This document shows positions 24,255 through 37,519 of a stretch of 64,000 nucleotides of DNA, piece after piece. How positions within the stretch are numbered: the stretch's first letter is position 1; the number at the start of each line of letters is the position of its first letter. Made by a program: the position numbers and the translations under genes. Location of the stretch: NCBI GenBank assembly GCA_964658305.1, contig OZ210885.1, positions 2,356,001-2,420,000 of the forward strand, given 5' to 3'. The notes under the pieces were generated by a model. It saw only the letters and a program-made list of their open reading frames with translations. It was not told the DNA's origin and searched no databases. Origin of the DNA: Leptogorgia sarmentosa. Lineage: Eukaryota.

Positions 24255-27200
24255 ATGCTAACTGTACCCAGTCGCAGGGAATTATCACCGCCTGGGAAGA
24301 CCGATGTGCGAATTTTGGTCCTTGGCCCAAGAAATGTTGGAAAATCAGGTATTGTGTTTATTTTTTAAAATTTACACCTATCGATTGCTTCTTCGATTGG
24401 AAATCACCAAATCACAGAACTCAATCAGAGCTTTACAGCCTCTTGGTCTTGACGCATTCAATAATGTGCATACACAAACTATTTTTCCCGTCTAGTCCCA
24501 AGAACGTAAACACTCGGGAAAGAATTTTTTATCGAACATTTTTATGGATCCTTTCCAAACTTCTTTTGAAATAAACAATTGTGGTTTCAGATTCAAACAC
24601 AAATACAGTTGTACAGTGCCAATAGTTAAATGACATCCATTATTGTCATTAATGGGACATTATGATCTGTTAAATTCTATAAGTGCACGTAAATTGCAGT
24701 GGAAATTATTGCCCCTACAGCACAAAATTAAACTTCAATGTGTAAAATGCAGCGAAAGGTAGCCACTCACTTGACCCAAACGATGCAAAAAATTCGACTT
24801 TTCCAATAAACTCTGAAATGTTGACTGATCCTTTATATAGTTTAGACACTGGTAGTTAGTTCGCAGCTTCATTTGCTAAATTTTGGTATAGCATGGAGCA
24901 TTTATAAAAGGAGCTTGTTTGTGTAAAAACCGTTTAGCTAAATATACTTCAAACGCGGAACTTAATTGTTACGGTAGAATCTATTTCAGGGACATATAGC
25001 TATGTAACTCACGATGATACGATCGACTTGGAGCTCGCAGTTGGAAGCGTGTTTATCTGTAAATTTTCATATCAATCAAATATGAGCAAGTCAACAACCG
25101 CATTTCTCCCTTTGGGACAATATGCCACCATGTAATTCTTTCTGATCAAAACTTGCTCTATAGGATTTTAGGAACCGCATGCATGTTGAAGTGATATATC
25201 CAACAAACTTAACGAATAAAACACTCAGACATTTGTTATAAAAGAGCAGATGCACTGCTGCAGTCTGTTTTTGATCTCAATTTTGTATGAATAAATATCC
25301 GGATAGATAATACGCCGACGCCGGAAGCTAGATTCTTTATGTTTACAGCCAAACTTTCAAGATTTTCGTCGTAGATATATTTCATAATCATATTACAAAT
25401 TGAGTATTTTTCTGTGATTTTTAGCGATAAAATTGTTCGTCCACTGATTTATTTCATTAATGCTGTGCATGCAATATGTTGTTGAGTTCCTGTTGCCACA
25501 CAGGTCATAAATTGAATTACGAAAAATAATCGTAAAATAACGGCTTTGTTTTTGCTGCGAATGCGTTCGTTCAAGATTCGCGACGGCTACGAAATCTAGT
25601 GCGACGACAAGATAATATTTTCCGATTATCTGTAAAGATAAATAATGGCAACTGTGCATGGTTGCGCAAAATCTTTGTTAAGCCGATGTTACACACAACG
25701 AGTTTCAACGACAATTCGCACGGCTGCTTAACCAATCAAATCTCGAGCATCTTCATTCGCATCGCGAGTCGTCGTTGAAAATCATCCCGTATAACATCAA
25801 ACGATAAAACGTTTGTATAATTGCAAAGAAATTAATTTTTGCCTTCGGAGTTCGGCCAACTCGTGGATCAGGTCAAATTTGTTTGGTAGTTTGCAATTGT
25901 TTCTGCAAACCATGCGATTTTTTTGTAAGGAGTATCATCAAATTTTCGTAATTGGCAAAACAAGTTAAATTTCAGTTAAATTTCGACCACCTCACGATTT
26001 TGACAATATAACTGCTACACAATGCATACAATAAAGGTTGCCGCGTATTTTACTTTACTGGGCGACTATGCATACAGTGTTGAAAAAACAATTAAAAACA
26101 CTACTATATACAGTATATAAAACAGATGCACATTTACTGAGGATTTATTAAGCACATGTTTATAGAAGTGAAATAAACTATTGCTGTCGCCTGTCAGATG
26201 TGTGTAGACAAAAGACAATATTAATTTCAGCTTTAAAAATGTGCTGCATGCTAGCATGAATCAGAAACCGAATTCTGTGATTTACTAGTAAATTGCCAAA
26301 ATCTCCGATAGGCATAGTAAATTTTGTCGGGCAAGCTTGGATTTATCTTCAAGTACCAAAAATAGCAAGCCACGCGTAGATCGAACTCCTACATGCTACA
26401 ATTAGAATTTAGGTAGCACAATAGCCGACAGCTAACAGCTGGGACAAACTTATTAATACACTTTAGTTTCCTGTCAAGACATCATGTCATCGATTGCTGA
26501 TTAATTTCTAAAATTCCACTCAAAATTGGTTATTTGCCACACATGTTTTGATATCACTAGACAATTGAGAGGACAATCAACGCTTTGAAAGACAAATAAA
26601 ACATGTTCAGGTTGTTTATTATATGCACCCTTACAAATTATTCAAAATGGCGATTCAAAATTACTGTGGAATCGAAGCCTAATGAATTAAAAACTCAGGC
26701 GTCGGTTGTATAGAAAAGTAGTTGAAGTTAACAATAGTTAAGTGCGAAAATTGGCGCCAATCAGAAACGTGTATTTCAAAGTTAACTACCATTTAACAAC
26801 GAAACGGGTAGTTAAGAGTTTCCCACAATTTCTATAACTGTTAATGACATACACGTTAGAATATCAATAATTAATGTTCATTCAAACACATGGAAAATAA
26901 GGAGGCAAGAGAGACAAAAAATACGTATCAAACGGGAAAAGCCAACAGTCAGAAACACCTAGTATCAAGGCTGGACAACACAAATTTTATTTGAGACGTC
27001 AAACTAGCCTTTTCAAAAAATGACCCAGCTACGCCATAATTATAATATGGGCTCTGAAAATCACTAATCCTAAAAAACCTGTGTTGTGCCAGGGCAAACG
27101 AAAACGTGATGTGGGTGTGGGGGGGGGAGGGGGGGTGTCTTACACTTATATACTTTCCGCCCCCCCCCCACGCTCGAAAACATTTTCCGCCGTCCCAGAC

Positions 27201-30200
27201 GCAATTTAGGCAATTATTTACCATATTTTTCTCATTAAACAGAAATAAAACAATCTAAGGTATAATTGCATTCAGGGTTGAACGCCTTCTTAATCAGGTC
27301 ATATAAGTGATTCATACAACACGTCAGTTTAATATCTTCAATACATGGCTGTACTTCAATGTGCAGCAAATTCTGGGGGGACGGAAGGGAGATGATGAAA
27401 GGACGTTTTGAGGAAAGGCCTCCTAAAGTGATTTCTTATATTATATCGTTTAAGTATAATGAGTAGAACTTTTGCTGCATTTTGACATACATATGTAGAT
27501 ACGAAAGCGTACCATGACGTTTTACACATAAAATTATTAAAGAATGCTAAGGGATTGTTTTGGCTGCAGATAACTATCTGAGTGAATATTGATATTTGAT
27601 GTTTCAAAGTAAATTTAGCAATTAAATCTATGGCAACATGACAGAATTGAACAAGAATTATGGAACATTAACTGAGAAGCGTCTTAAATCGACAGGGCAT
27701 TTTTAATACCGTGGGCGTGGCGAGGCATTTGTACCAGTACTTAAGAGGAAATTGGGCCCTTTGCCCCAGTAGCAAGGGCTCTTTTTCTACGCTGAGATGA
27801 GAAAATCACTGAAACAAGCACTGAAAAGCAACAAGTTGACGCCAAATTTATAATTGCGCAGTATATGTGTCGTTTAACGAAGCACTGTCAAGATTCCTTT
27901 TGGATTCTTTTAAGGATTATTAAGGACTCCTCTTGTTGGCTTTGTTGATAAAAATTACACATTGCTTAATTAACCCTCCTATTTTGGCTTAATGTAATTT
28001 TGAACGGCCGGCTTAGTAATAATTTGGTATAATATAATTATTTAAATTGTAAAATGATTTTAAAATTTTTGCCAGTGTGATTATAGAATTAAGACTACGT
28101 TTACGTTTACAAGAATGTTTAGTTTCCTTGAAGTCTGTAGTTCCTAAATTTGTTTCAATTTTTTTACTTTCAAGCTGAACGCCTTTGATTGATTCATGCA
28201 ACAGGCTCCACTGTATCACTCCATAACTGTTTATTTGTTGCTCTGCATACAGCTTAGCGTATTTTCGATGCAGCATATTATCATTTTTCGTTATCCAAAT
28301 ATTTTTTCAATTCGAAAGTGCGCATAACACCGCAACAATTAAGCCGATATACATGATATTCTGCAAAGCAAATATTGTTTTTCAGCTATACTGAGGCATA
28401 CATCGTGCTATAATGACATGATTGACTGATTACATTAAATGGATACAGAAGGTTGTATCATCTAAACCGACTAAACATCTGATTGCAATGCCTGTCAATT
28501 ACCCATTTAGTATTATTAGCATGAAATCGCCTCTCCAATTTATTTTCAGTGCATACAGGCTGGATAAAAATCCCAATAGTGCGGCATATTGACCTGATTA
28601 TCAGGCCATTATAATTATTTTCCCCGACGAACGAGAGCGGAGGATGGAAACCGAGAGCCACGCATGCAGACGAAAGTTAATAGTCAGTTCTTGAATTTTG
28701 AAGAGCCCAACGTTTTCATGATATACACCCTACCGAAGTTTTGCTAAAATCCCTTTGCGCATCGGTTCTGCGCAGGTATGATCATTGTGAATCCAAATCA
28801 GTCGCAACTTTTCAACTTTTTCTGAATTATAAATCCTAGTTTGTACATGAATTGAAACATTGTTAGGTATTCAGTAGTTTACAAACATCGCAGTTAGGAA
28901 TGTGAACATTAAAAATTTCGACATAATTATAAAGTATAAATGAGGCCAAATCACACCATTTTACGCAAATAGTAATTAAAAAATGTTTGATTCGGCCAGC
29001 AATTACTGGAGATTATCAAGCTTCTAATGGGCCTATCAATTGCAATTTCTTTCAATATCAATACATCGAACATTCCGTCAAACTCACATCTACCTTTCAC
29101 AAGATAAAAACAACCATGAGACATGCTTAGCTGGGAATAATGAGAGTGATTAATATGCATGTATGTTTTTTGAGCACGATATTCGAGTGTATTTTGTGAG
29201 CAAAACTGCAAAAGGTTTTCGAAAAACTGTATTCAGCACACAAATATTCAGATTGTTGAGCTTCTCAACTTGCGCGACGCATTCTTATGATAACGAAGGA
29301 ATCTAAAAATGAATTTAGTTGTCTTTAATGAGCTCAAGACATATTACTTTTCAAAACGACTCCAGATGAAAATTTATGAAATTCCTAATGTGGTAGTTAA
29401 AATATTATGTAATCATTTTAGGGCAAATCGTCAATCAACCTGAACGTTTCGACTAACCTTTTGACCCTGTTTAATTGCTCGTTGGCAATCACGTGACTTT
29501 TTGCCCAAATGACGGGCAATTGAACAACTTGTACACAATTTTTCTCAGTATTCAAGTCTTGTAGCAGGATAAAATGACGGTTACATGTCCACCTAAAACT
29601 TAATTAAAATGTCTCTAAAGCCCTTTCTATACACGAGCAATTTTTATGTGGCAATTTCGCATGTGACAATTTTTATTTACCCATGCAGACGAGCAAAATT
29701 GGGCAATTTTTGTGTGGCAAATACATTTTTTGAAAAGCTGGCGTGTTAGCTTTTATGTGACAAATAAAAATTGCCACATAAAATTTGCTCGTGTAAACGG
29801 GGCTTAAATCTTAGAATGTCTCCAATGGATCGATTTTCGCCCTACTTGCCCGTCAACTAAAATTCCAAATTTACGCCATTGCAAACAAAACCAATGACCT
29901 ATAAACTTTCAGACCTTTGAGATATGTACGACTGACACGGGCAAATTAAAGAGAGACCTAATATTTCGGTAGTAGGTTAATAAGTATTCTAACGATTTTT
30001 CATGCCATTATTATCCAGTAACTTACGTTCTATATGAGATTCAATATAAGACATTTCATATTCCTATTTTTCCAGCATTAACTGTGAGATTCCTTACCAA
30101 ACGTTTTATTGGTGAATACGATTCTTCTCAAGGTAATGGTTTGCTGGCATCAACAGCATTATACTATTTTTTGAAACAGCCAATCCGAGAAAAATGGCTA

Positions 30201-31389
30201 CAGAACTATACTATACGTAACACGTATACTGTCATATTCTTGGCTGTTTGGGCCGACAGATAATTCTAGCTTCATTCCGTGTCATTGTGACGTCCACCTG
30301 CATATAATGGTAATTTTCCCAAGATTTAGATTTTAATTGATCGGTTATCGAACCACATCAACTAGTTCTTTTCTAAAAAAAGGGCGTGGTCGATTCAAAC
30401 ATGCGGTTCCCTCTTGTAGAATTGACGTATACATTTGAAACTTCAATCGACAATAACAAAGTCTCTATGGAAATACTTGACGCAACATCACCGGTGAGTC
30501 ACTATATTCGATGATTATGTCGTTCATTGTCACGACAGAAACCGCTGGGCAGGGTTGATGAAAACAGGATTGAACAATGTTTTGCTGCCCACGTTGTTCA
30601 ATGTTGTCAACAATCCTGTTCTGCATTGTCACACCTGAATGCGGGCTGATTCAGGCTCAACAATGTTGTTCAATTTGTTGACAACATTGAACAACGTGGG
30701 CAGCAAAACATTGTTCAATCCTGTTTTCACCAACCCTGAACAGGTTGATCACTTTTTGCCGTGTACAGGAATATACTCTGCACCCGCTAATTAACGCTTT
30801 AGTTACGCCTTTGAGTATAGAGATGCCAAGAGAATTTTGTGTTCTGCTTTTAAAAGATGTTACTTAAAAGAAACCTCACGAAGTACATGCATTATACATA
30901 TATTGTGTCCACACAGAATTTGTTCTGCTTCTCTGTTCAAATAGCCGAATAACGAATGGTTTAATAAAAAGGGTTTTTCTTTTTCTAACGTAGCCAGAAA
31001 AGTTGACAGAAAAAATTTTATGGGCGGATGGTTTTCTTCTTGTCTATTCTATAACAGACGTGAACAGTTTCAACGAAGTAATCAACTTAAAGCATGAGAT
31101 TGTTGCGATTAGATCAAACTACAGACCCGCCATATTTATAGTTGGAAACAAGAGTGATCTCTCCTGTGAACGATGTGTGTCCAAGGACTTTGCTTTACAA
31201 ATTGTCCAAGAATTAAACTGCCCGCTCTATGAGTGTTCTGCTTCGGAGAATTATGAAGACATTTTGCAAGTGTTTCACGAATTGTATAATGAAGCCATAA
31301 AGAAAAAGAAAGAACGAAGACTGTCCGTTTCACCAAGACCACTGAGGAAAGCTTTTAACAAAGTTTTTGGCAGCAAGACGCCAATGTAG
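24255..31389 (+). CDS. Ras-like small GTPase, RERG/RASL11/RASL12 subfamily (~206 aa)
   Basis: Four exons: 24255-24348 (DVRILVLGPRNVGKS), 30076-30132 (ALTVRFLTKRFIGEYD), 30420-30493 (..VSMEILDATSP), 30994-31389 (WADGFLLVYSITD, VGNKSD, ECSAS). All GT-AG and in phase; no CAAX box. Confidence 0.9.
29619..29804. mobile_element. PIF/Harbinger-like MITE
   Basis: TACACGAGCAATTTTTATGTGGCAATTT / AAATTGCCACATAAAATTTGCTCGTGTA, with TAA-type flanks. Confidence 0.65.
30531..30765. mobile_element. Foldback MITE in GTPase intron 3
   Basis: ~65-bp near-perfect inverted arms CAGGGTTGATGAAAACAGGATTGAACAATGTTTTGCTGCCCACGTTGTTCAATGTTGTCAACAA and its reverse complement. Confidence 0.8.
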
Positions 31390-32414
31390 AAAAAATGCAC
31401 GCACCTCACACTGTAGTTAATACTGCTGGAATCAAATAATCTACAGGGGTTCAAAATGTAGTGCACTCGTACGTACGCCTTGAAAAATCGCACGCCGTTT
31501 GAATTATTTTAAAACATTGCACTAAATCTTAGGGCTCAATTTTCATCTTAATAATATCTGTTGATATTTAGGGGTTGTTTCTATTTTTACACCTTGCAAT
31601 TTATAATCTGAATTTCATCTGTTGAAAACGACAAACCCACTGGGTTTTGAAAATTTAAATTTCAGATTTTTTTCGTTTATTCCATACGCAGGGCAACGGC
31701 TATGCTGGTAAAATTAAATATTAAAAAATTTTTTTAATTTAGAATATTCAAATTTCAAAAAATGTGTTGTTCCGATTTAAATTTTAAAAAATGTGTATGT
31801 TCCGATTGCCTGCGATGGGCGCCATCTTGGTGGACACTTCGATGTTTATTTCAACTATTACAGCGAATAAACTCGGCTATTTCACCATTTCTTGGTATAT
31901 TTTGAAACTGACAACCATGCCCAACGCATTATTGACATTTAAAAAAGTTTCCGTATCTAACGCTTGTGCTGTTTTGCACGTCTTCTGAAATGTCAACCAA
32001 GATGGCGGCCAAGTGCAAGTCACGTATAAGTAGTAAAAAATTCCATGGTATTTCCCGCTGGACAGAACTCAGAAGGAGCCTCTTTATGTTTTGGAATGTT
32101 GTGGTCTTTCCTTTATTGAGAGGAAACGTTTACAAATAATTCTTTCACTGTAAAATGGGGAAAACAGAACGCAGGGGTGCGAACTGTTTGGAAATTTCAT
32201 TTATTTTTCTATCACATTCCAAAATTTGGGCTCGAAAGTGAGTTAGTTATATAAAAAAACGTGCAAACTTCACACGGATATATTTTCCGCATTTGACAAA
32301 CGAGTCCTCAACCAATCTTTGTACATTTTACGAATTTTATTAAGATGCTCTTCCTACATATGGCCGGTGATGGACTTTGCAGTTCTTGAGGGGGTAAAAT
32401 ATTATTGTCTCTAA

Positions 32415-32702
32415 GCATTAAAATAGCGTGTCCTTGTACAAACTTTGTATCTTCGTGAAAGGAAATTTTTTCCTTGTAAATTGAAAGTGTGTACTTGAAA
32501 ATAACGTGCATAAATGTTTAATAAAATTTCAATTAGAGAATTTGAAACAGCATTGTAATGAGGGTTTCAGTACTCTAATTGTATAATAGTAATTCCAGTG
32601 TTTGTCTAAATGACAAAATTAATCTTTTTTAGTTGAATCGAAGAAGAATATCGACCTATAACCCTGATTAAATTTACTGAAAATTGTCTTTCACAAACAC
32701 CG
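32415..32702 (+). repeat. Dispersed repeat; second direct copy at ~48890-49275
   Basis: Shared GCATTAAAATAGCGTGTCCT..TCCTTGTAAATTGAAA..GTACTTGAAAATAACGTGC..AAATTTACTGAAAATTG..TTTCACAAACACCGT. Confidence 0.75.
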
Positions 32703-33405
32703 TCTCATATTCATATGTTCGTGGCATAGGGTTACTACCAGTGTTCCCAAAAAAGCTTGTGTCGATTCATGTATTTCTTCACGAGTTTTACTAGGAGTAG
32801 AAAAAGCATTATTTTCGAATGCTGCTTGAGCAATGTTACATACGCAATTTATTTCAAAAATGTATCGATAATGTTCACATGTGACTTCTAACTTTCCCAA
32901 GCAAAAATCGAACAATTTCAACTAAATCATGCTATGAGCATTTTATTTTGGCCACATCACACAAACGGCTTTGATCAACTTTGACCACCAAGCAATGTGG
33001 CCAAATTGAAATGCGAAAATAACGAAGACATTTATTTAGCTGAAATATTTCGATTCTTTTCAGGGTACAGTAGAAGTCACTTTGTGAACCTTATCAATGC
33101 GTTTTTGATTCAGCATTATACTCGATAGAATCTTTGAAATATTGAAATATTGAAAGAGAAGAAATAGGGAAACGCTCCTAAATAATTACCATTTGTGTCC
33201 AGGATATATCCACAAATATATCCAGGATATTATCTGTCAAACTGAACTACCACTTGATTGATCTCCTGACTTTGTACATTTGTTACAATTTTTTCTCCCC
33301 CATCCGCTATCACCTCCCTCTAGTTTCAGCCCTGTTCGCACCAAAGACAGGAAAATATTACCCGGCAGCGATGATATTCTTGAAGGAGTTTGCGCTAATG
33401 GCAAT

Positions 33406-33495
33406 TAGCGTTTCCAGCGTTTTATCCCCATTTTTAGCGTTTTATCCCCATTTCAGAGTTTTATCCCCATTTTCAACGTTTTATCCCAATTTCAG
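33406..33495. repeat. Short minisatellite (~20-bp unit GCGTTTTATCCCCATTTTCA)
   Basis: Four adjacent GTTTTATCCC copies. Confidence 0.7.
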
Positions 33496-33813
33496 TTTCC
33501 GTTTCTGCGATTCAGTTTCAGCGTTTAATCCTTACCCGTCTATAATTAGTAGTACTAATATACTTCAAACTTCTTAGGGTCATATTACAACATTTTACAA
33601 CCAACCTTTGACAGTCTTACTTACTTCAGGATGCTTTTTAACTGTGTTGTAATGAAACGTATCACTTCAGATCAAAAATTTCGCCAATCATGAAGTCCGT
33701 CCATTAATACTTTCCTGCTTACCCAATTTGCGTGCACGATCGACTTGCTATACGACAATTTTAACAGGAAACTAAATCGCCATAATTGGGCGCGAGAAAT
33801 TAGGGTGGTGTTA

Positions 33814-33962
33814 AGCCCGTTTTCCACTAGGCGAAATTTTTCGCGCTAACGGAGGGAAAAGCAACCTGATTGGCTGGCGACAAACACAGACGACATCAGC
33901 ACCCAATCACATTCACTTTTTGCTTGTTCGCGCGAAAAAAATCGCCGAGTGGAAAACGGGTT
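33814..33962. mobile_element. PIF/Harbinger-like MITE
   Basis: AGCCCGTTTTCCACTAGGCGA / TCGCCGAGTGGAAAACGGGTT, with TTA-type flanks. Confidence 0.65.
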
Positions 33963-34272
33963 TTACGGCAGGCAGCCACGAAGGTGTGAAAATGTCTTAA
34001 ATCACACATCAATTTCACATATCGCTATCGTTCCTGAACATGTAGCTCTGAATGTAGCTAGGCTTCTTTCTTCCCTGGAAGGCTATTGGCAGTACTGACA
34101 TGTACAACTGACAGCAATTTTGAAGAAACGTAGTCGACGTAGTCAGCTCTCGATGGCCAAAGGTGATGTTTGTGTTCTTCATATTTTATATTTTTTATAA
34201 ATGCCACATTAACCGATCCTTTTATTGTCTTGACGTCTTTCATATCAATAAGGAACTTAATGACAACGCGGC

Positions 34273-34989
34273 TGCTAATGCCGGATATACTACTGATCAA
34301 ATATTACATTCGTATATTTGCTAACAATGCATGGGTGCTTTACTGGTTATCACGATTCTCTTGCTATACGTAACCACATACCGCCTGAATTGACTATAGC
34401 AAAAACTAATTTCATTTCTGAAACTATTTGCAGGCGTTTTTACATTCGATTCAACACTGATTGTAAAGTACTATCTTTAATTGAATATTATTATTTGTAT
34501 ATATAAGAGCTTTACTGATTTCGGACTTTTTGTTACGTAACCATTGTCATAACACGAATTATAGTCGGCTGGCATTTAGTTTCAACACGTGAATTTCGGC
34601 ATGCACCGAAGATGTCAGTCAATGTGTGTGGATTGCAGATTGCTAATGCCGGATATACTAACTTAAACTACTTTCAAATATTACATTTGTATATTTGCTA
34701 ACAAGACATGGGTGCTTTACTTATCACGTTTCTCTTGCTACGTAACCACATGCCGCCTGAATTGAATAGGAAAAACTAATTTCTGAAACTATATTTGCAG
34801 GAGTTTTTATATTCGATTGAACACTGTGATTGTAAAGTACTATAACTGAATATTATCATTTGTATATATAAGAGCTCTATTGATTTCGGACTTTATGTTA
34901 CGTAACCAATGTCATAACACGGATTAGTCGGCTGGCATTTAGTTTCAACACGTGAATTTCGGCATGTCAATGTGTGTGGATTGCAGATG
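34273..34989 (+). repeat. Diverged tandem duplication (units ~368 and ~349 bp)
   Basis: TGCTAATGCCGGATATACTA starts at 34273 and at 34641; both units end in GTCAATGTGTGTGGATTGCAGAT. Confidence 0.85.
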
Positions 34990-35865
34990 TCACTGAAGTG
35001 GATTTTCAGGAGAATTTGCTTTTCAAATTCAGACTATAAAGGGAACAGAAAAAATAGTTACATGAGTTTCACAGGTTAAAAATATTAGCACTTGACTTCT
35101 ATAAAGCTGAGATATATCAGTGAAATTTCTGTGACTAGTGTAGGTAGTTCAACAAGCAACAAAGGTTCTACTCTAAACGATACAATAAGATTCAATATGT
35201 TTCGGAAATTGAATACATATATAGTGATAATAGTTCTCCGGATTGAGTTATGTTTTTCATTGAGCTTTTGTCTCGTTACAAGGGTTCAAGTCTTCCTTAA
35301 TAGCTATGTATATTTAAGATTCACGCTGTTGGCCGGTCTTGTTGTATATTTAAGATTCGCACTGTTGGCCTGTCTTGTTCTTGTATTCGTTGAGAGCGTC
35401 TGCATGGTTGGCTGTTTGGAGGTTGAACTGGTATTATTCATTTAGGTAGTAAGTAGAATTTCAGCTGTTTCTAGAGACTTATCCAGCTATAAATCAGCTA
35501 TTTTCATGCCTGATTTCTACTTAGATGGTATAAAATAAAAATCCGATATTTATTCGATACTCTAACTGTGTCAGATAGTGCTCCTGAGTTGGTAGGTAGA
35601 TAAGATTCATTTAACAAAACAGGCAAACAAAATTATAACAATTTCATTTCAACGAACCCGTTTGTCCGATTCAATTTAACCTTCCTTAGAAAATTTTTGT
35701 TATGAGCTCTATAATTTTGATAGCTGAACTGACATACGGGAATTATTAATAATCCTTATGGCAATATGCACATTTCAGGCATGTTCTTGTTGTTGTAGAC
35801 TTATTCCATTATTGAAAACTTATTTGTGTAAGTTTATTCCCGGATATCCTACGATTGAGTCATTG

Positions 35866-37100
35866 CAAGATTGAAACATTGAATTCTGGAATTGAAACAA
35901 TTGGATTGTAAAATTGAATAATTGATTCCTAGGTTTGAACCATTGAATTCTGTGGTGAAATTCTAAGATTGAACCATTGAATTCTATGATTGAACCATAG
36001 AATTCTAAGATTGAACCATTGAATTCTAAGATTGAACCATTGAATTTCTAAGATTAAACCATTGAATTCTAAGATTGAACCATTTAATTCAATGATTGAA
36101 CCATTGAATCCTAAGATTGAACCATTGAATTCTAAGATTAAACCATTGAATTCTAAGATTAAACCATTGAATTCTAGGATTAAACCATTGAATTCTAAGA
36201 TTGAACCATTGAATTCTAAGATTGAACCATTGAATTCTAAGATTGAACCATTGAATTTCTAAGATTGAACCATTGAATTTCTAAGATTAAACCATTGAAT
36301 TCTAAGATTGAACGTTAACCATTTAATTCAATGATTGAACCATTGAATCCTAAGATTGAACCATTGAATTCTAAGATTAAACCATTGATTCCGAGGATTG
36401 AATAATTGAATTCTAAATTAATGATGATCTACGTGAATCAAACTCTGAGTTACCAGGATGACATTATTCTTCCGAAGATGTTCTATTCTTCACTAAATTG
36501 ATCACTGAACGGTCTGAATCCCAAGATTGGACCATTGATTCTTAGAATTAAATGGTTAAATTCTAAATTGATTTGCGGCACTCAATTTTATGATTGAATC
36601 ATTAAATTCTAATATTAAATTATAAGACAGAATCACCTATTTTAAGATTGAGTCATGAAATTCTAAGAATAAATTCTAAGACTGGATCATTGAATTCTAG
36701 GATTGAAACATTGAATGCCAAGATTGAACCATTGATTCCTAGGATTCGATTATTAAAATTTAAATTAATCATGTCTGATCTAAGTGAATCAAATTTTGAG
36801 TTTTCATAATGACATTATTATTCTTTACTAAATTGATCCCTGAATTCCAGGATTTTCATTCAGTCATTGGGATCCAAGATTGAGATATTGAATCCTAAGC
36901 ATAAATCATCACATTCTAAGACTGAATTATTAAGTCCAAAGAATAACTGGATCCTAAAACTGATGAATTATTGGATTCTGAGATTTAGTTATTGAATCTT
37001 AAGTTAAATCATTGCATCCTATAAGGCTCGTGAATTATTGAATTTTAAAAATGAATGATTGGATATTAGGACTGAATTATTGGACGCAAAAAATGAATCA
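35866..37100. repeat. 21-bp minisatellite AATTCTAAGATTGAACCATTG with degenerate flanks
   Basis: Homogeneous core ~35960-36390 (about 20 units), decaying units on both sides; it explains the spurious NSKIEPL ORF. Confidence 0.9.
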
Positions 37101-37447
37101 TTAGCTGAGCCGTATGTATACTATCTTGTTTGTATACCGAAGTGGACTGTGTGTAAAATTTACTGGTATGCGGTTCCGGTGGAAATTCTTTCAGCAGGTT
37201 TTGTATTTCTTGATCTGTGGTTGACAAATGCTCAAGTAACGTGCCAGGTCAATACCCGATATGAACACATGATTATACAAAAACCTAGCTACATTTTTTG
37301 CTGCATTGAACGATGAAATCATTGTACACATGCATAACACCGGTATACGATCTTCACAACTCATCGGAAATTGACGGAAAATGATCTTAACGCGGTCGCG
37401 GTTATTAAATAAAGCAATGAATAGGTTTAATTATTTTTAGAGGATTA

Positions 37448-37501
37448 ATGACGTAATATGTCTTATATAATTGTATTACATCAATACTTCCGAGATCATT
37501 C
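37448..37501 (+). promoter_or_regulatory. Candidate LONRF core promoter: D-box/CRE-like site, TATA, Inr
   Basis: ATGACGTAAT 37448-37457, TATATAA 37464-37470, TCATTC 37496-37501, ATG at 37520. Confidence 0.45.
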
Positions 37502-37519
37502 CAGCCTAGCTGTCACTTC

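Noticed and set aside
36062..36262. ORF of NSKIEPL repeats, and a superficially CRISPR-like periodic array
   Set aside because: It is a translation of a 21-bp minisatellite; there are no unique spacers and no cas genes, and the context is eukaryotic.
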